64,000 bases of DNA from an uncultured Acidobacteriota bacterium (GCA_963764715.1 CAVXTP010000021.1:128001-192000), one strand, 5' to 3'; positions 28,686-38,768 are shown, counted from the stretch's first letter. Notes: generated by a model not told the origin, from the sequence alone. Program-made: numbers and translations.

Positions 28686-29683
28686 GCCGACCGGACACGC
28701 GCACGTTGATCGTTCTCCCCGACGACGGGATCGCCCCGGTGCTCGAGGGGATCGCCGCCGCGAACGACGCGATCCTCGTCAAGATGTTTCTCTTCTCCGA
28801 GCCCAAGCTCATCCGGGCGCTGATCGCAGCCCGGAAGCGCGGCGTCAAGGTCCGGGTGATGCTCAACCCCGCGCGCCGGTCGGGGGAGTCCGAGAACTCG
28901 CAGGCCAAGGCGAAGCTGAAGGCCGGCGGCATCGCGGTTAAGGACACGCATCCCGACTTCGACGTCTCCCACGAGAAGTCGATGGTCGTCGACGGGTCGA
29001 CGGCCTTCGTCAAGTCGCACAACTGGGCGCCCAAGAACTTCGGCGGCACCCGCGATTACGCCGTCATCACCCGCGACGCCGACGAGGTGGCCGAGGTCGT
29101 CGAGGGCTTCGAGGCCGACTGGAGCCGCGAAACGTTCGACCCGAACAAACGGCGGCTCATCTGGTGCCGCGGAAACGGGCGCGCCCGAATCGCCCGGTTC
29201 ATCGACGGGGCAAAAAAGGAGCTCTTCCTCCAGAACGAGCGCTACCAAGACCCCACGATCGTCGAGCGCCTGGTGGCCGCCCACGCGCGGGGAGTCAAGG
29301 TGCACCTCATGTCCCTCCCGCCCCACGCCCTGAAGGACAAGAAGCTCCTCGAAGGGGTCGCCGGGCTGCGGGTGATGCACGACATCGGGATCAAGATCCA
29401 CAAGTTGAAGGGCCTGCACCTCCACGCCAAGATGCTGCTCGCCGACGGAAAGCGCGCCATCGTCGGGTCGATGAACATCGCGCCCGGCAGCTTCGACTCG
29501 CGGCGCGAGCTCGCGATCGAGGTCGAAGACCGGAAGATCGTCCGCCGCCTCAAGAAGACCTTCGACGCGGACTGGAAGAACTCGCATCCGATCGACCTGA
29601 CCGACGACGGGATCCGGAAGGACCTCGCCAAGCACGGCATCCCCGAGGAGAAGCTCGCCCGCGTCTTCCGCCGGGAAGCCTGA
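28682..29683 (+). CDS. Phospholipase D superfamily protein (two HxKxxxxD motifs)
   Basis: HEKSMVVD and HAKMLLAD...GSMN; 4-bp overlap with the ABC gene. Confidence 0.88.
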   Translation: MSRPDTRTLIVLPDDGIAPVLEGIAAANDAILVKMFLFSEPKLIRALIAARKRGVKVRVMLNPARRSGESENSQAKAKLKAGGIAVKDTHPDFDVSHEKSMVVDGSTAFVKSHNWAPKNFGGTRDYAVITRDADEVAEVVEGFEADWSRETFDPNKRRLIWCRGNGRARIARFIDGAKKELFLQNERYQDPTIVERLVAAHARGVKVHLMSLPPHALKDKKLLEGVAGLRVMHDIGIKIHKLKGLHLHAKMLLADGKRAIVGSMNIAPGSFDSRRELAIEVEDRKIVRRLKKTFDADWKNSHPIDLTDDGIRKDLAKHGIPEEKLARVFRREA

Positions 29684-29700
29684 GCGCACCCCTCGTATCC

Positions 29701-29757
29701 GCTTACTGCTTACTGCTTACTGCTTACGGCCGCCCGCCTCCCGCCTCCCGCCTCCTG
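29701..29757 (-). repeat. Heptamer tandem array (8 units in register)
   Basis: Minus strand reads caggagg cgggagg cgggagg cgggcgg ccgtaag cagtaag cagtaag cagtaag c. Confidence 0.85.
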
Positions 29758-29759
29758 AC

Positions 29760-30587
29760 CTACTCCCACTTCAACCGTCGATAATCGAACGCCTGGACCT
29801 CGCGGGCGTTGAACTTGACGATGTCGAAGTAGGGCGAGAGGTCGAAGTCGCGGGGCACGCACAGCGTCGGGTGGCGCGCGCGCAGCAGGCCGCTCCACGC
29901 GCGGCGGGTCGGCCGTCCGAGAAGCGTCTGCTTCACGTGCTCCCCGAGGGTCCTCGGCTTCTGCCGGACGGGCACCGGCAGGATCGGGAACCGGACCTTC
30001 CCGAACGCCTCGGCGAGAAGCGACGAGCAGATGGTCTCGGTCTCGACTCCGCTGCCGAAGTGGAGCGCGTCCTCGCCGAGCTCCGGCGGAATCATCTGGA
30101 ACGGGAAGAGGTAGCGCGTCAGGTCCCAGAAGTTGCGCCGGTCGTACTTCCACCCGATGCGCGAGATGACGTGGTCGAGGACGACCGCGAGGTCCTCGGG
30201 CTTCAGGCCGACCGGCCGGCAGATGCGGACGTTCAGGTCGACGTACTTGACGAGCGGGGAGACGACGACGCCCCGGTCGACGAGGGCCTCGACGAGCAGG
30301 TGCTTGGCCTCGCGCCCGAAGCGGCGCTGGACCTCGGCGCGCGTCGCGGCGTCGCGCCGGAAGAGCGCGTCGCCGATGTAGATCGCGCTGTGGGACCAGG
30401 ACGACGTCGTCAGGTACTTGATCGCCTGGGAGACGCGCTGGTCGCCCTCGACGAGGAGAACGTCGCCCGGCCGGATCGTGGCCTTGAGCTTTTCCGGGTC
30501 GTTGTAGACGAAGCGGCGGTAGCGCTTGCGCCGGCGCGTGAGGCGGCGGACGAACCAGTCCGACAACGCGCGGCTCGGGGAGCGCAT
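29760..30587 (-). CDS. Permuted papain-like NlpC/P60 (YiiX/YebB-like) protein
   Basis: PGDVLLVEG, SSWSHSAIY, LVEA, YD, ICSSLLAEAF (His before Cys), PRDFD. Confidence 0.82.
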   Translation of the reverse strand: MRSPSRALSDWFVRRLTRRRKRYRRFVYNDPEKLKATIRPGDVLLVEGDQRVSQAIKYLTTSSWSHSAIYIGDALFRRDAATRAEVQRRFGREAKHLLVEALVDRGVVVSPLVKYVDLNVRICRPVGLKPEDLAVVLDHVISRIGWKYDRRNFWDLTRYLFPFQMIPPELGEDALHFGSGVETETICSSLLAEAFGKVRFPILPVPVRQKPRTLGEHVKQTLLGRPTRRAWSGLLRARHPTLCVPRDFDLSPYFDIVKFNAREVQAFDYRRLKWE

Positions 30588-30615
30588 GCCCTATTGTGCG
30601 CCCGCGCCGGCCGCC

Positions 30616-31020
30616 CTACTCGTCCGGAAGCTCGGGCTCTTCCTGCATCTCGCGCTTGGTGCCGGGCGCGAGCAGGTCCATCAGAAGGTCGGGAAGGCCC
30701 TCGGAAAACTGGCTCCGGGGCATGACCTGCGTGACCCCGGCGGCCGTGGCCTGGCCGGCGAGCTCCTTGTCGACGTGCGAGAGGAAGCCGATGACGGGCA
30801 GCGCCGCGGCCTTCCCGCGGCGCAGCTCCCGGACGGCCGATAGTGCGTCGCCGTTGGAGGAGAGCTCCAGCAGGATGGCCCCGGTTTCGGGCGCCGTGCC
30901 GGCGCGCGTCAGCTCGGCCGGCCCCACGAATCGGACGGGGACGTTGAGGTGGCGCGCGGTCGCCTCGATCTTCGAACGGAAGAAGAGGTCTTCGACGCAG
31001 GCGACGACGGACTTGCTCAT
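30616..31020 (-). CDS. Atypical stand-alone receiver-like protein
   Basis: VEDLFFRSKI...AILLELS...VIGFLSHVD...AGVTQVMPR: CheY-like topology. Confidence 0.6.
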   Translation of the reverse strand: MSKSVVACVEDLFFRSKIEATARHLNVPVRFVGPAELTRAGTAPETGAILLELSSNGDALSAVRELRRGKAAALPVIGFLSHVDKELAGQATAAGVTQVMPRSQFSEGLPDLLMDLLAPGTKREMQEEPELPDE

Positions 31021-31059
31021 GGGCTGGCCGATTCTACTGCCGAAACGCCGGCCGACTCT

Positions 31060-32124
31060 TCAGAACATCTTCACCAGGTCGACGAGGTACCGGTTCACCC
31101 AGGAGCGCTCGTCGAGCCGGCGCTGGACGCTGAAGGAGCCCTGGAGGTAGACGCGGGGGAGGAAGGTCCAGGCGACCCCCACCCGGTGTCCCTCGTACCA
31201 GGTGTGGTACCACCAGTCGTCGGTGGTGTAGGCCCCCATCGTCGCGTCCCGCTGGATGTACTGGTAGGTGTAGAACGCGCGCCACTGCCCCGGCGTGCCG
31301 ACCTGGCCGGCGACGACCGAGCCTTCCCAGGCGAGGCGGCGCCCGTCGCGCGCGGCGAAGTTCTCGAAGCCGTCGAGCGAGATCAGGAGCGGGACCGGAC
31401 CGACCGGGAACCGGAGGCGCAGGAGAAGATCGGCGACGTGGAATTCCGACGCCGGGACCGGCTCGCCGTTGTCGATCCGGACGGTGTTCTCGCGGATGTA
31501 GTCGCTGTAGAGCTCGCGCGGCTCGAAGCTCCAGTAGGCGAACGAGGCTTCGAGCGAGAAGCGGGAAGGGTCTCCGGTCCGCCACTGGACCTGGCCGGCG
31601 GCGATGCGCGTCTGGTCGCTGTAGTGCTGCGGGCCGTAGAACCCGGCGCCCGAAAGCGTCCACGCGCCGTCGGGGCTCGTCCAGGAGGCCGCGATCCCCG
31701 GCGTCTGGATGTCGCGGTCCCAGAGCATCTCGGAGGCCGCGAGCGGCATCCCGAATCGTCCGGCCCGCACGGTGAAGTTCCCGGGGGTCCACTGCACGTA
31801 CCACCGGTCGGCGGAGGCCCACCGCGAGATGTAGTTGTCCTGGTAGGGGTAGGCGTAGGCCTCGGTGCCGTAGTCGAAGATCCCGCGGACCCCGATCCGG
31901 AAGTTCTCCCAGGGATCGAAATCGATCTCCGGCCGCAGCTCGAAGCGGCCGCGGTCGATCGTCCCGTACCCGGGGTAGTGGTCGACGCGGTCGTAGCGCG
32001 CGAGGAAGTCCCAGCGCAGCGAGAGCTTCGGCTTCGCCGGGGGCTCCTCGAAGTACTGCGGCTCCTGGGCCCCGGCGGCCGCCGCGACGAAGAGCCCCGC
32101 GGAGAGAAGCGCCCGGACTCTCAC
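31060..32124 (-). CDS. Putative outer-membrane porin/beta-barrel
   Basis: Signal peptide from GTG 32124; aromatic-rich alternating strands; C-terminal Phe (YLVDLVKMF). Confidence 0.75.
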   Translation of the reverse strand: MRVRALLSAGLFVAAAAGAQEPQYFEEPPAKPKLSLRWDFLARYDRVDHYPGYGTIDRGRFELRPEIDFDPWENFRIGVRGIFDYGTEAYAYPYQDNYISRWASADRWYVQWTPGNFTVRAGRFGMPLAASEMLWDRDIQTPGIAASWTSPDGAWTLSGAGFYGPQHYSDQTRIAAGQVQWRTGDPSRFSLEASFAYWSFEPRELYSDYIRENTVRIDNGEPVPASEFHVADLLLRLRFPVGPVPLLISLDGFENFAARDGRRLAWEGSVVAGQVGTPGQWRAFYTYQYIQRDATMGAYTTDDWWYHTWYEGHRVGVAWTFLPRVYLQGSFSVQRRLDERSWVNRYLVDLVKMF

Positions 32125-34253
32125 GCGGCCTGCGCGGTCACGCGCGTCAGCGCCTCGTAGAGCTCGTCGACGGTCTGGTACCGATTCCCGGGGTCCTTCT
32201 GCATGCACTTCAGGATGATCTGCGAGATGCGCGGGTCGATCCGCGGGTTGCGCGCCTGCGGCGACGGCGGGTTCTCCTGGATGTGCTTCAGGACCACGGC
32301 GAGCGGCGTGTCGCCGTCGAACGGGAGGGTCCCGGTGAAGACCTCGTAGAGCACGACGCCGGTCGAGTAGATGTCGGAGCGGAAGTCGAGGGTCTGTCCC
32401 CGCGCCTGCTCGGGGGACATGTAGTCGGGCGTCCCGACGACGGTGCCCTCGGCCGTCATGCCGCGCTCCTCCTTGAGCCGGGCGATGCCGAAGTCCATGA
32501 TCTTCAGTCCTCCCGTCGCCTCGATGATGATGTTCTGCGGCTTGATGTCGCGGTGGATCACGCCGACCTCGTGCGCCGCGGCGAGGCCCGCGCAGATCTG
32601 CTTGGCGATGCGCAGGCCCACCGGGGTCGGCAGGATCTCGCCGGCGTCGACGAGCTGCTTTAGGGTCAGCCCCTTGACGAACTCCATCGAAAGGTAGCGC
32701 AGGCCTCCCGACTCGCCGAGGTCGTGCGTTCGCAGGATGTTCGGGTGCGTGATGCGCCGGGCGAGCCGGATCTCCTGCTTGAACCGGTCGAGCAGCGTCG
32801 GGTCGGCCGACAGGGCCTCGCCCCGGAGCGTCTTGATCGCGACGGCGTCGTCGAGGTCGCGGTCGTGCGCGCGGTAGACGACGCCCATGCCCCCGCGGCC
32901 GAGCACTCCCTGGATCTCGTAGCGCGCCGCGAAGAGCTGGCCGACGACGGGCTCGCCGCCGGGGCGCGTCGCGGGGGAGACGGCGGTCCGCGCGACGGTC
33001 TCGGCGTCGGAGGCCATCGACATGGTCAGCGACGCGACGTACTGCTCGAGCGCGGCCTTCTCGCGCAGCTCCTCGAGCATGGCCCGGAAGGACCGCGCGA
33101 GGATGCCGATCTCGTCGTTCGACTCGACGGGAAGGTCCGGGGCGTCGAGGTTGCCCACGCGGACCTGGTCCGTCGCGCGGACGAGCCGGCCGACGCCGCC
33201 CGTGATGCGCCGCGCGAGGAAGAAGGAGAGGACGAACGCGATGACCAGCGCGGCGAGCCCGACCGCGACGAGGATGGTCTGGATCTGGCGGAACGCCGCG
33301 AGCTCCTTCTCGCGGCTCCGCAGGGCCACGGCGGCGCCGACGAGCTGGTCCGTCGAGGATCGGATCGGCAGGAGATAGGCGAGATAGGTCTCGCCGGCGA
33401 GCTCGAGGGCGAGCGGGCCGATCGTCCGCCCCTGGCGCAGGACGGCCTGCACGAGATCGGGCCGCCTCTCGATCGCCTGCACGGCGGGCGACGTCACCGG
33501 TCCCATGGTGGAAGCGGCCAGCGCGGCCTTCGCGGGCTCGGAGGGTTTGGCGGCGTCCGCGAGGAACACGACCTGCGTGTTGAGCAGCCGCTCGAGGTTG
33601 CGCGCGACCTCGTCGTCGATCTGGAAAGCCGCGGCGATCACGCCGGTCAGCCGCGCGCCGCCCTCGAGGACCGGGGCCGCGACGACGTGGTAGAGCTTGC
33701 CGCCCGAGAGCCAGATCCCCTCGGTCTGCGCGCCCTGCAGCGCGCCCGCGATCGTCGGGACCGCCGAGAGGTCGGCCGCGTAGGGCAGCGGCCGGTCCGT
33801 TCGCGCGAGCGCCGCGCCCTCGGGGGTCGTGGCGATGAGGAAGTCGGCGCGGACGCTCGACGCCTGCTCGCGCTTGAGCGTGTCGAAGACGGTGGCCGGA
33901 TCGGGCCGGCCGGTCTCCGGGACGAGCGTCGACATCATCGAGACCGTGCCGGCGTTGTTCACGACGACGGCGAGCGCGCGGTGCAGCTCGTCGTAGCGGT
34001 TCTGCTGGAAGGACTCCCAGCCCGGGCCCGCCTTCTTGAGGTCCTCGGCGATCTTGGCGTCGGCCACGGCGCGCGCGCGGAAGGCCGAGACGGCGACGGC
34101 GCCGCCGACGGCGACGAGGATGAGGAGGGCCATGGCCAGGAAGATCTTCAGCGTCAGCGAGAACTTCGGGGGCTCCGGCGGCGGAAGCTTCAGACCCTTC
34201 GGACGGACCTCCGCCGAGGTCGCGCCGTGGCCGGGCGTCTCAGTAGCGCTCAT
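32121..34253 (-). CDS. Membrane sensor Ser/Thr kinase: TM-periplasmic (Cache-like)-TM-HAMP-Hanks kinase
   Basis: Two TM segments; HAMP (DEIGILARSFRAM); GRGGMGVV, VAIK, HRDIKPQN, DFGIA, GTPDYMSPE. Confidence 0.9.
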   Translation of the reverse strand: MSATETPGHGATSAEVRPKGLKLPPPEPPKFSLTLKIFLAMALLILVAVGGAVAVSAFRARAVADAKIAEDLKKAGPGWESFQQNRYDELHRALAVVVNNAGTVSMMSTLVPETGRPDPATVFDTLKREQASSVRADFLIATTPEGAALARTDRPLPYAADLSAVPTIAGALQGAQTEGIWLSGGKLYHVVAAPVLEGGARLTGVIAAAFQIDDEVARNLERLLNTQVVFLADAAKPSEPAKAALAASTMGPVTSPAVQAIERRPDLVQAVLRQGRTIGPLALELAGETYLAYLLPIRSSTDQLVGAAVALRSREKELAAFRQIQTILVAVGLAALVIAFVLSFFLARRITGGVGRLVRATDQVRVGNLDAPDLPVESNDEIGILARSFRAMLEELREKAALEQYVASLTMSMASDAETVARTAVSPATRPGGEPVVGQLFAARYEIQGVLGRGGMGVVYRAHDRDLDDAVAIKTLRGEALSADPTLLDRFKQEIRLARRITHPNILRTHDLGESGGLRYLSMEFVKGLTLKQLVDAGEILPTPVGLRIAKQICAGLAAAHEVGVIHRDIKPQNIIIEATGGLKIMDFGIARLKEERGMTAEGTVVGTPDYMSPEQARGQTLDFRSDIYSTGVVLYEVFTGTLPFDGDTPLAVVLKHIQENPPSPQARNPRIDPRISQIILKCMQKDPGNRYQTVDELYEALTRVTAQAA

Positions 34254-34920
34254 CTTCCGAGTCGGGCGGAGGCGGCTTGTAGTCCTTGCCGTACTTGTTC
34301 TTGTGGGCCTCCGGCCGGAACCCGGAGACGTCGATCCGCACGGTCGAGGGCGGCTCGCCCGCCTTCACGGTGATCGGAACGCTCACCTCCGCGGCCGCCT
34401 GCTCGTTCCAGGCCTTGAGCACGCGGGCGCCGTCGGGCACGCCGTCGATCCGGAAGGCCCCGTCGGGCCCCGTGACCGCCGCGAAGTCCGAGTCGACCAC
34501 GAGGACGAAGCCGACCATCTGGGGGTGGATGTTGCAGTAGACCCGGACGAGGCCGGCCTCCTCGAACGTCTTCGGCTTGGAGGCGCCGCTGCGGTAGAGG
34601 CCGAGGTCGAAGCGGTTGCCGCTCGAGACGGAGAACACGTTGTGGTAGATCGGGTCGGCGTTGGGAAATTGAACCGTCCCGTTCTTCGAGACCACGACGA
34701 CGCGCGGCTGGAAGCGCTTCGAGGCGCTCTTCATCTCGCCCGTGGCCGTTCGGCCGGCCGCCCCGCCGTGCGCTCCCTCGATCCAGACGACCGAGTTCGA
34801 GGCGTCGGCGAGGTCCTTGCCGTCCTTGACGAGGACGACCCGGCCCGCGACCGTTCCCGCCCGCGCCGCGGGCGCCGACAGGAGGAACGCCAGGAGGACG
34901 GCGGCGCCGCGATTTCCCAT
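34240..34920 (-). CDS. Secreted cupredoxin-like protein with a C-terminal carboxypeptidase-regulatory-like domain
   Basis: Signal peptide; FQPRVVVV, FPNADPIYHNVFS, YCNIHPQM. Confidence 0.82.
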   Translation of the reverse strand: MGNRGAAVLLAFLLSAPAARAGTVAGRVVLVKDGKDLADASNSVVWIEGAHGGAAGRTATGEMKSASKRFQPRVVVVSKNGTVQFPNADPIYHNVFSVSSGNRFDLGLYRSGASKPKTFEEAGLVRVYCNIHPQMVGFVLVVDSDFAAVTGPDGAFRIDGVPDGARVLKAWNEQAAAEVSVPITVKAGEPPSTVRIDVSGFRPEAHKNKYGKDYKPPPPDSEDERY

Positions 34921-35028
34921 GATTTACGCAAAAAATCATAGCATCCGCTGTCGCGTGAGGCCGCGTCGCGCCCTGCCCGTATAATCCGCCGCAGCCGAGA
35001 GTCAGGAAGGCAAGAGAGCGGAGGTCGC

Positions 35029-37029
35029 ATGGCGCACGAAGCCGCCCCGGGATCGGAGTTCCGTCCGTACGTCTCTCCGGGACAGGACATTCCCGAGTTC
35101 ACGCTGAAGGCCGTCCTGCTCGGCATCTTCTTCGGCGTCCTCTTCGGCGCGGCGACCGTCTACCTCGCCCTGCGGGCCGGCCTGACGGTTTCGGCCTCGG
35201 TCCCGATCGCGGTCCTCGCGATCGCCGTCTTCAAGAAGATCGGCAACTCCACGATCCTCGAGAACAACATGGTCCAGACGATCGGCTCCGCGGGCGAGTC
35301 GGTCGCCGCCGGCGTGGTGTTCACGATGCCGGCCCTCCTGTTCCTGTCGGACGGCGAGCACTACTTCAAGTACGTCACGATCTTCGTGCTGTCGGCCGTG
35401 GGCGGAACGCTCGGCGTCCTCTTCATGATCCCCCTGCGGCGCGCCCTCATCGTCAAGGAGCACGGCAACCTCAAGTACCCGGAAGGCGTGGCCTGCGCGG
35501 ACGTCCTGATCGCCGGCGAAAAGGGCGGCGACCTCGCCCGCATGGTCTTCAAGGGCGTCGGCATCGCGATGCTCTACAAGTTCCTCTACGGCATCCTCGG
35601 ACTCTGGCGGGAAACGGCGACCTGGTTCCGCACCGGGAAGGACGGCAAGATCCCGGACGCCACGCTCTCCTGCGACGTCACGCCGGAGTACCTGGGACTC
35701 GGCTACATCATCGGGCCGCGCATCGCGGGCGAGCTCGCGTCGGGCGGCGTGCTCTCGTGGCTGGCGCTGATTCCGCTGATCTCGATCTTCGTCGACAACG
35801 GGCGCATCGTCCAGGACCTCAAGAACCTGGGCTTCACCGATGCCTGGATGGCGAGCCACTCCCACGCCGAGTGGATCTACCGGGCGTACGTCCGTTACAT
35901 CGGCGCGGGCGCGGTCGCCTGCGCGGGCGTCATGACCCTCGTCAAGACGCTCCCGACGATCGTGTCGGCGTTCCGCGAGTCGGTCAAGAGCTTCGGCAAA
36001 GGCGGCGACAAGTCGACGATCCGTACGGAGCGGGACCTCGGGATGGGCATCGTGATCTTCGGGTCGCTCGTGCTCGCGCTCCTCATCACGGTCCTGCCGG
36101 GCTTCCCGCACGGCCCGTTCCCGGGCTCGCTCCTGATGGGCCTTCTCGTCGTCGTGTTCGGGTTCTTCTTCGTGACGGTCTCCTCGCGCATCGTCGGCAT
36201 CATCGGCACCTCCTCGAACCCGATCTCCGGCATGACGATCGCGACGATCATGGCGACCTGCGTCGTCTTCGTCGCCGTCGGCCGGACGGGCGACGTCTAC
36301 CAGGCCGTCGCCCTGTGCATCGGGGCCATCGTCTGCGTCGCGGCGGCCAACGCCGGCGCAACGTCCCAGGACCTGAAGACCGGGTATCTGGTCGGCGCGA
36401 CGCCCCGCCGGCAGCAGATCGGTTTCATCATCGGCGTCCTGACGTCGACACTCGTCATCGGCGGGACGCTCTTCCTCCTCGACAAGACGTACGCGATGGG
36501 CGAGCCGCACGGCATCGGCGGTCCCAAGCTCGCGGCCCCGCAGGCGACCCTCATGGCGACGATCATCAAGGGCCTCCTCGCCCAGAACCTGCCGTGGGCT
36601 CCCGTGCTCGTCGGCGTCTTCCTGGCGTTCATGGCGCAGATGGCGGGCGCGCACGCCCTCTCCTGGGCGGTCGGCGCCTACCTTCCGCTCTCGACGACCT
36701 TCCCGATCTGGATCGGCGGCATGATGAAGGCCCTCGCCGACAAGATCACCAACCGCAAGGAGGAGAGCGAGCTCTCCTCGGGCATGCTCTATTCGACGGG
36801 CCTCGTGGCGGGCGGCTCGCTCGGCGGCGTCCTCATCGCCCTCGTCGCGTTCATCGGAGACTCGGTCCTCCACATGGAGAACCCGACGCTCATCGAGCGG
36901 CTCGACCTCGGGGCGAAGCTCTACCCGGCGTTCAAGAACGGGGTCGCCGGAGACGTCTTCTGCGCGCTCGTGTTCGCCGGCCTCTGCTGGCTGCTCGTCC
37001 AGAACGCCCGGAAGAAGCTGGAAGCGTAG
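35029..37029 (+). CDS. OPT family oligopeptide transporter
   Basis: [47 protein letters not shown]. Confidence 0.93.
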   Translation: MAHEAAPGSEFRPYVSPGQDIPEFTLKAVLLGIFFGVLFGAATVYLALRAGLTVSASVPIAVLAIAVFKKIGNSTILENNMVQTIGSAGESVAAGVVFTMPALLFLSDGEHYFKYVTIFVLSAVGGTLGVLFMIPLRRALIVKEHGNLKYPEGVACADVLIAGEKGGDLARMVFKGVGIAMLYKFLYGILGLWRETATWFRTGKDGKIPDATLSCDVTPEYLGLGYIIGPRIAGELASGGVLSWLALIPLISIFVDNGRIVQDLKNLGFTDAWMASHSHAEWIYRAYVRYIGAGAVACAGVMTLVKTLPTIVSAFRESVKSFGKGGDKSTIRTERDLGMGIVIFGSLVLALLITVLPGFPHGPFPGSLLMGLLVVVFGFFFVTVSSRIVGIIGTSSNPISGMTIATIMATCVVFVAVGRTGDVYQAVALCIGAIVCVAAANAGATSQDLKTGYLVGATPRRQQIGFIIGVLTSTLVIGGTLFLLDKTYAMGEPHGIGGPKLAAPQATLMATIIKGLLAQNLPWAPVLVGVFLAFMAQMAGAHALSWAVGAYLPLSTTFPIWIGGMMKALADKITNRKEESELSSGMLYSTGLVAGGSLGGVLIALVAFIGDSVLHMENPTLIERLDLGAKLYPAFKNGVAGDVFCALVFAGLCWLLVQNARKKLEA

Positions 37030-37054
37030 GGAGCCGCCGGCGGATCGCCGCCCG

Positions 37055-38233
37055 TCAGATCACGCCGAACGTTTTCCCGACCTTCTTGAACGCGTCGACG
37101 GCGCGGTCGAGGTCGGAGCGCTCGTGGGCGGCCGAGACCTGGCACCGCAGACGCGCCTGGCCCTGCGGGACGACGGGGAAGCCGAACCCCGAGACGTAGA
37201 CCCCCTCCTCGAGGAGGGCCTTGCCCATCGCCAGGGCCTTCGCCGTCTCGCCGACGATGACCGGGACGATCGGATGCGTGCCGTGGGGGATCTTGAACCC
37301 GGCGTCCGAGATCGCCTTCCGGTAGTAGGCCGCGTTGTCGCGGAGCTTGCGGACGGGCGCGGGGTCCTCCCGCAGCATGCGGAAGGACTCGAGCGCGCCC
37401 GCCGCGACGGCGGGGGGAAGGGAGTTCGAGAAGATGTAGGTGCGGCTTCGCTGCCGGAGCGTCTCGACGAGGGACTTCGGCCCCGTGACGAACCCGCCGG
37501 CCGCCGAGCCCATCGCCTTGCCGAGGGTGCCCGTCGTGACCGGGACCCGGCCGAAGACGCCCTGCTCCTCGGCGGTGCCGCGGCCCGTGGCGCCGAGGAT
37601 GCCGGTCGCGTGCGAGTCGTCGACCGCGAGGACGGCGCCGTGCTTCTCGCAGACGCGGACGCATTCCCGCAGATCGGCCTCCTCGCCTTCCATCGAGAAG
37701 ACGCCGTCGGTGATGTAGAGCTTGAAGCGCGAGGTGGTGTCTTCCCCGAGCATGCGGTCGAGGGCCGCGAGGTCCCCGTGCGGCGCGCGGAAGCGCTTGG
37801 CCTTGCTGAGCCGCACGCCGTCGATGATCGACGCGTGGTTGAGCTCGTCCGAGTAGAGGCCGTCGGGCTCGTCGAGGACGGTCGCGAACAGGCCCTCGTT
37901 CGCCGCCCAGCAGGTCATGTAGAGGATGGCGTCGTCGCAGCCGAAGAAGGACGCGATCTCCGCCTCGAGCTCCTTGTGGAGCTCCTGCGTGCCGCAGATG
38001 AAGCGCACGGACCCGAGGCCCGCGCCCCAGCGGTCGACCGCCTTCTTCTGGGCCTCGCGGATGCGAGGGTGGTTGGCGAGCCCTAGGTAGTTGTTCGAGG
38101 TCAGCATGATGACCTCGCGGCCGCCGACCTTGACGCGCGGCCCCTGCGCGGACTGGAGGACGAGCTCTTCCTTGTAGGTGCCGGCCTCGCGGAGCGCGGC
38201 CATCTGCCCGGCGAGGTGGTCGAGGAGCGTCAT
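37055..38233 (-). CDS. kbl: 2-amino-3-ketobutyrate CoA ligase (glycine C-acetyltransferase)
   Basis: SNNYLGL, SVRFICGTQ, DELNHASIIDG, TDGVFSM, DDSHATG, GTLGKA, FPVVPQGQARLR. Confidence 0.93.
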   Translation of the reverse strand: MTLLDHLAGQMAALREAGTYKEELVLQSAQGPRVKVGGREVIMLTSNNYLGLANHPRIREAQKKAVDRWGAGLGSVRFICGTQELHKELEAEIASFFGCDDAILYMTCWAANEGLFATVLDEPDGLYSDELNHASIIDGVRLSKAKRFRAPHGDLAALDRMLGEDTTSRFKLYITDGVFSMEGEEADLRECVRVCEKHGAVLAVDDSHATGILGATGRGTAEEQGVFGRVPVTTGTLGKAMGSAAGGFVTGPKSLVETLRQRSRTYIFSNSLPPAVAAGALESFRMLREDPAPVRKLRDNAAYYRKAISDAGFKIPHGTHPIVPVIVGETAKALAMGKALLEEGVYVSGFGFPVVPQGQARLRCQVSAAHERSDLDRAVDAFKKVGKTFGVI

Positions 38234-38295
38234 GTGTTCAGCCTCCCGTCGGAGCGGCTCGACTGGCCGCTGACGGGCGGGGACGAGCCCCGCCC

Positions 38296-38766
38296 CTACT
38301 TCGACTCCGAAACGATCTTTCCGGCGACGCGGTCGCCGGGGAAGGCCGCGCCGAGGGCCGCGAGCGCCCGGTCGAACGCCCCCATCGAGCCGGCCATGAT
38401 CTCCGCGCAGAGGGTCGGCGTCCGGACGAACTCCATCGTCCCCGTCACGCCGCGCACGACGATCGAGTCCGCCGGGGCCTCGACCGTGAAGAGGATCCCG
38501 TCGACCTCCTCGAGCGCCCGCGAGGCGATCCGTTCGGCCTTCTCGACCTCGTCGCGCATCAGGCAAACGCCCGCGAGGCCCACGACCTGGAAATGGTTGG
38601 GCTCGAACTCGGTGCGGTCCCAGTTCTTCCAGACGCGGTCGCGCGGGACGAGCTGGAACCGGTAGGCGACGGCCGAGAGCCGCGACTCCTCGACGGCGAA
38701 CTCGGCGATACGCCGCTCCGTCAGCTCCTGGTTGGGGTCGGGCTTGGGAGGCTTGCTCGTGGGCAT
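38296..38766 (-). CDS. Hypothetical protein between tdh and kbl
   Basis: ATG 2 nt after the tdh stop, with GGAG upstream; protein-like composition. Confidence 0.65.
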   Translation of the reverse strand: MPTSKPPKPDPNQELTERRIAEFAVEESRLSAVAYRFQLVPRDRVWKNWDRTEFEPNHFQVVGLAGVCLMRDEVEKAERIASRALEEVDGILFTVEAPADSIVVRGVTGTMEFVRTPTLCAEIMAGSMGAFDRALAALGAAFPGDRVAGKIVSESK

Positions 38767-38768
38767 GG

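Noticed and set aside
28682-29683. PLD as an anti-phage nuclease
   Set aside because: It has a two-motif lipid-type architecture and is coupled to an ABC exporter, with no helicase, methylase or other defence genes nearby.
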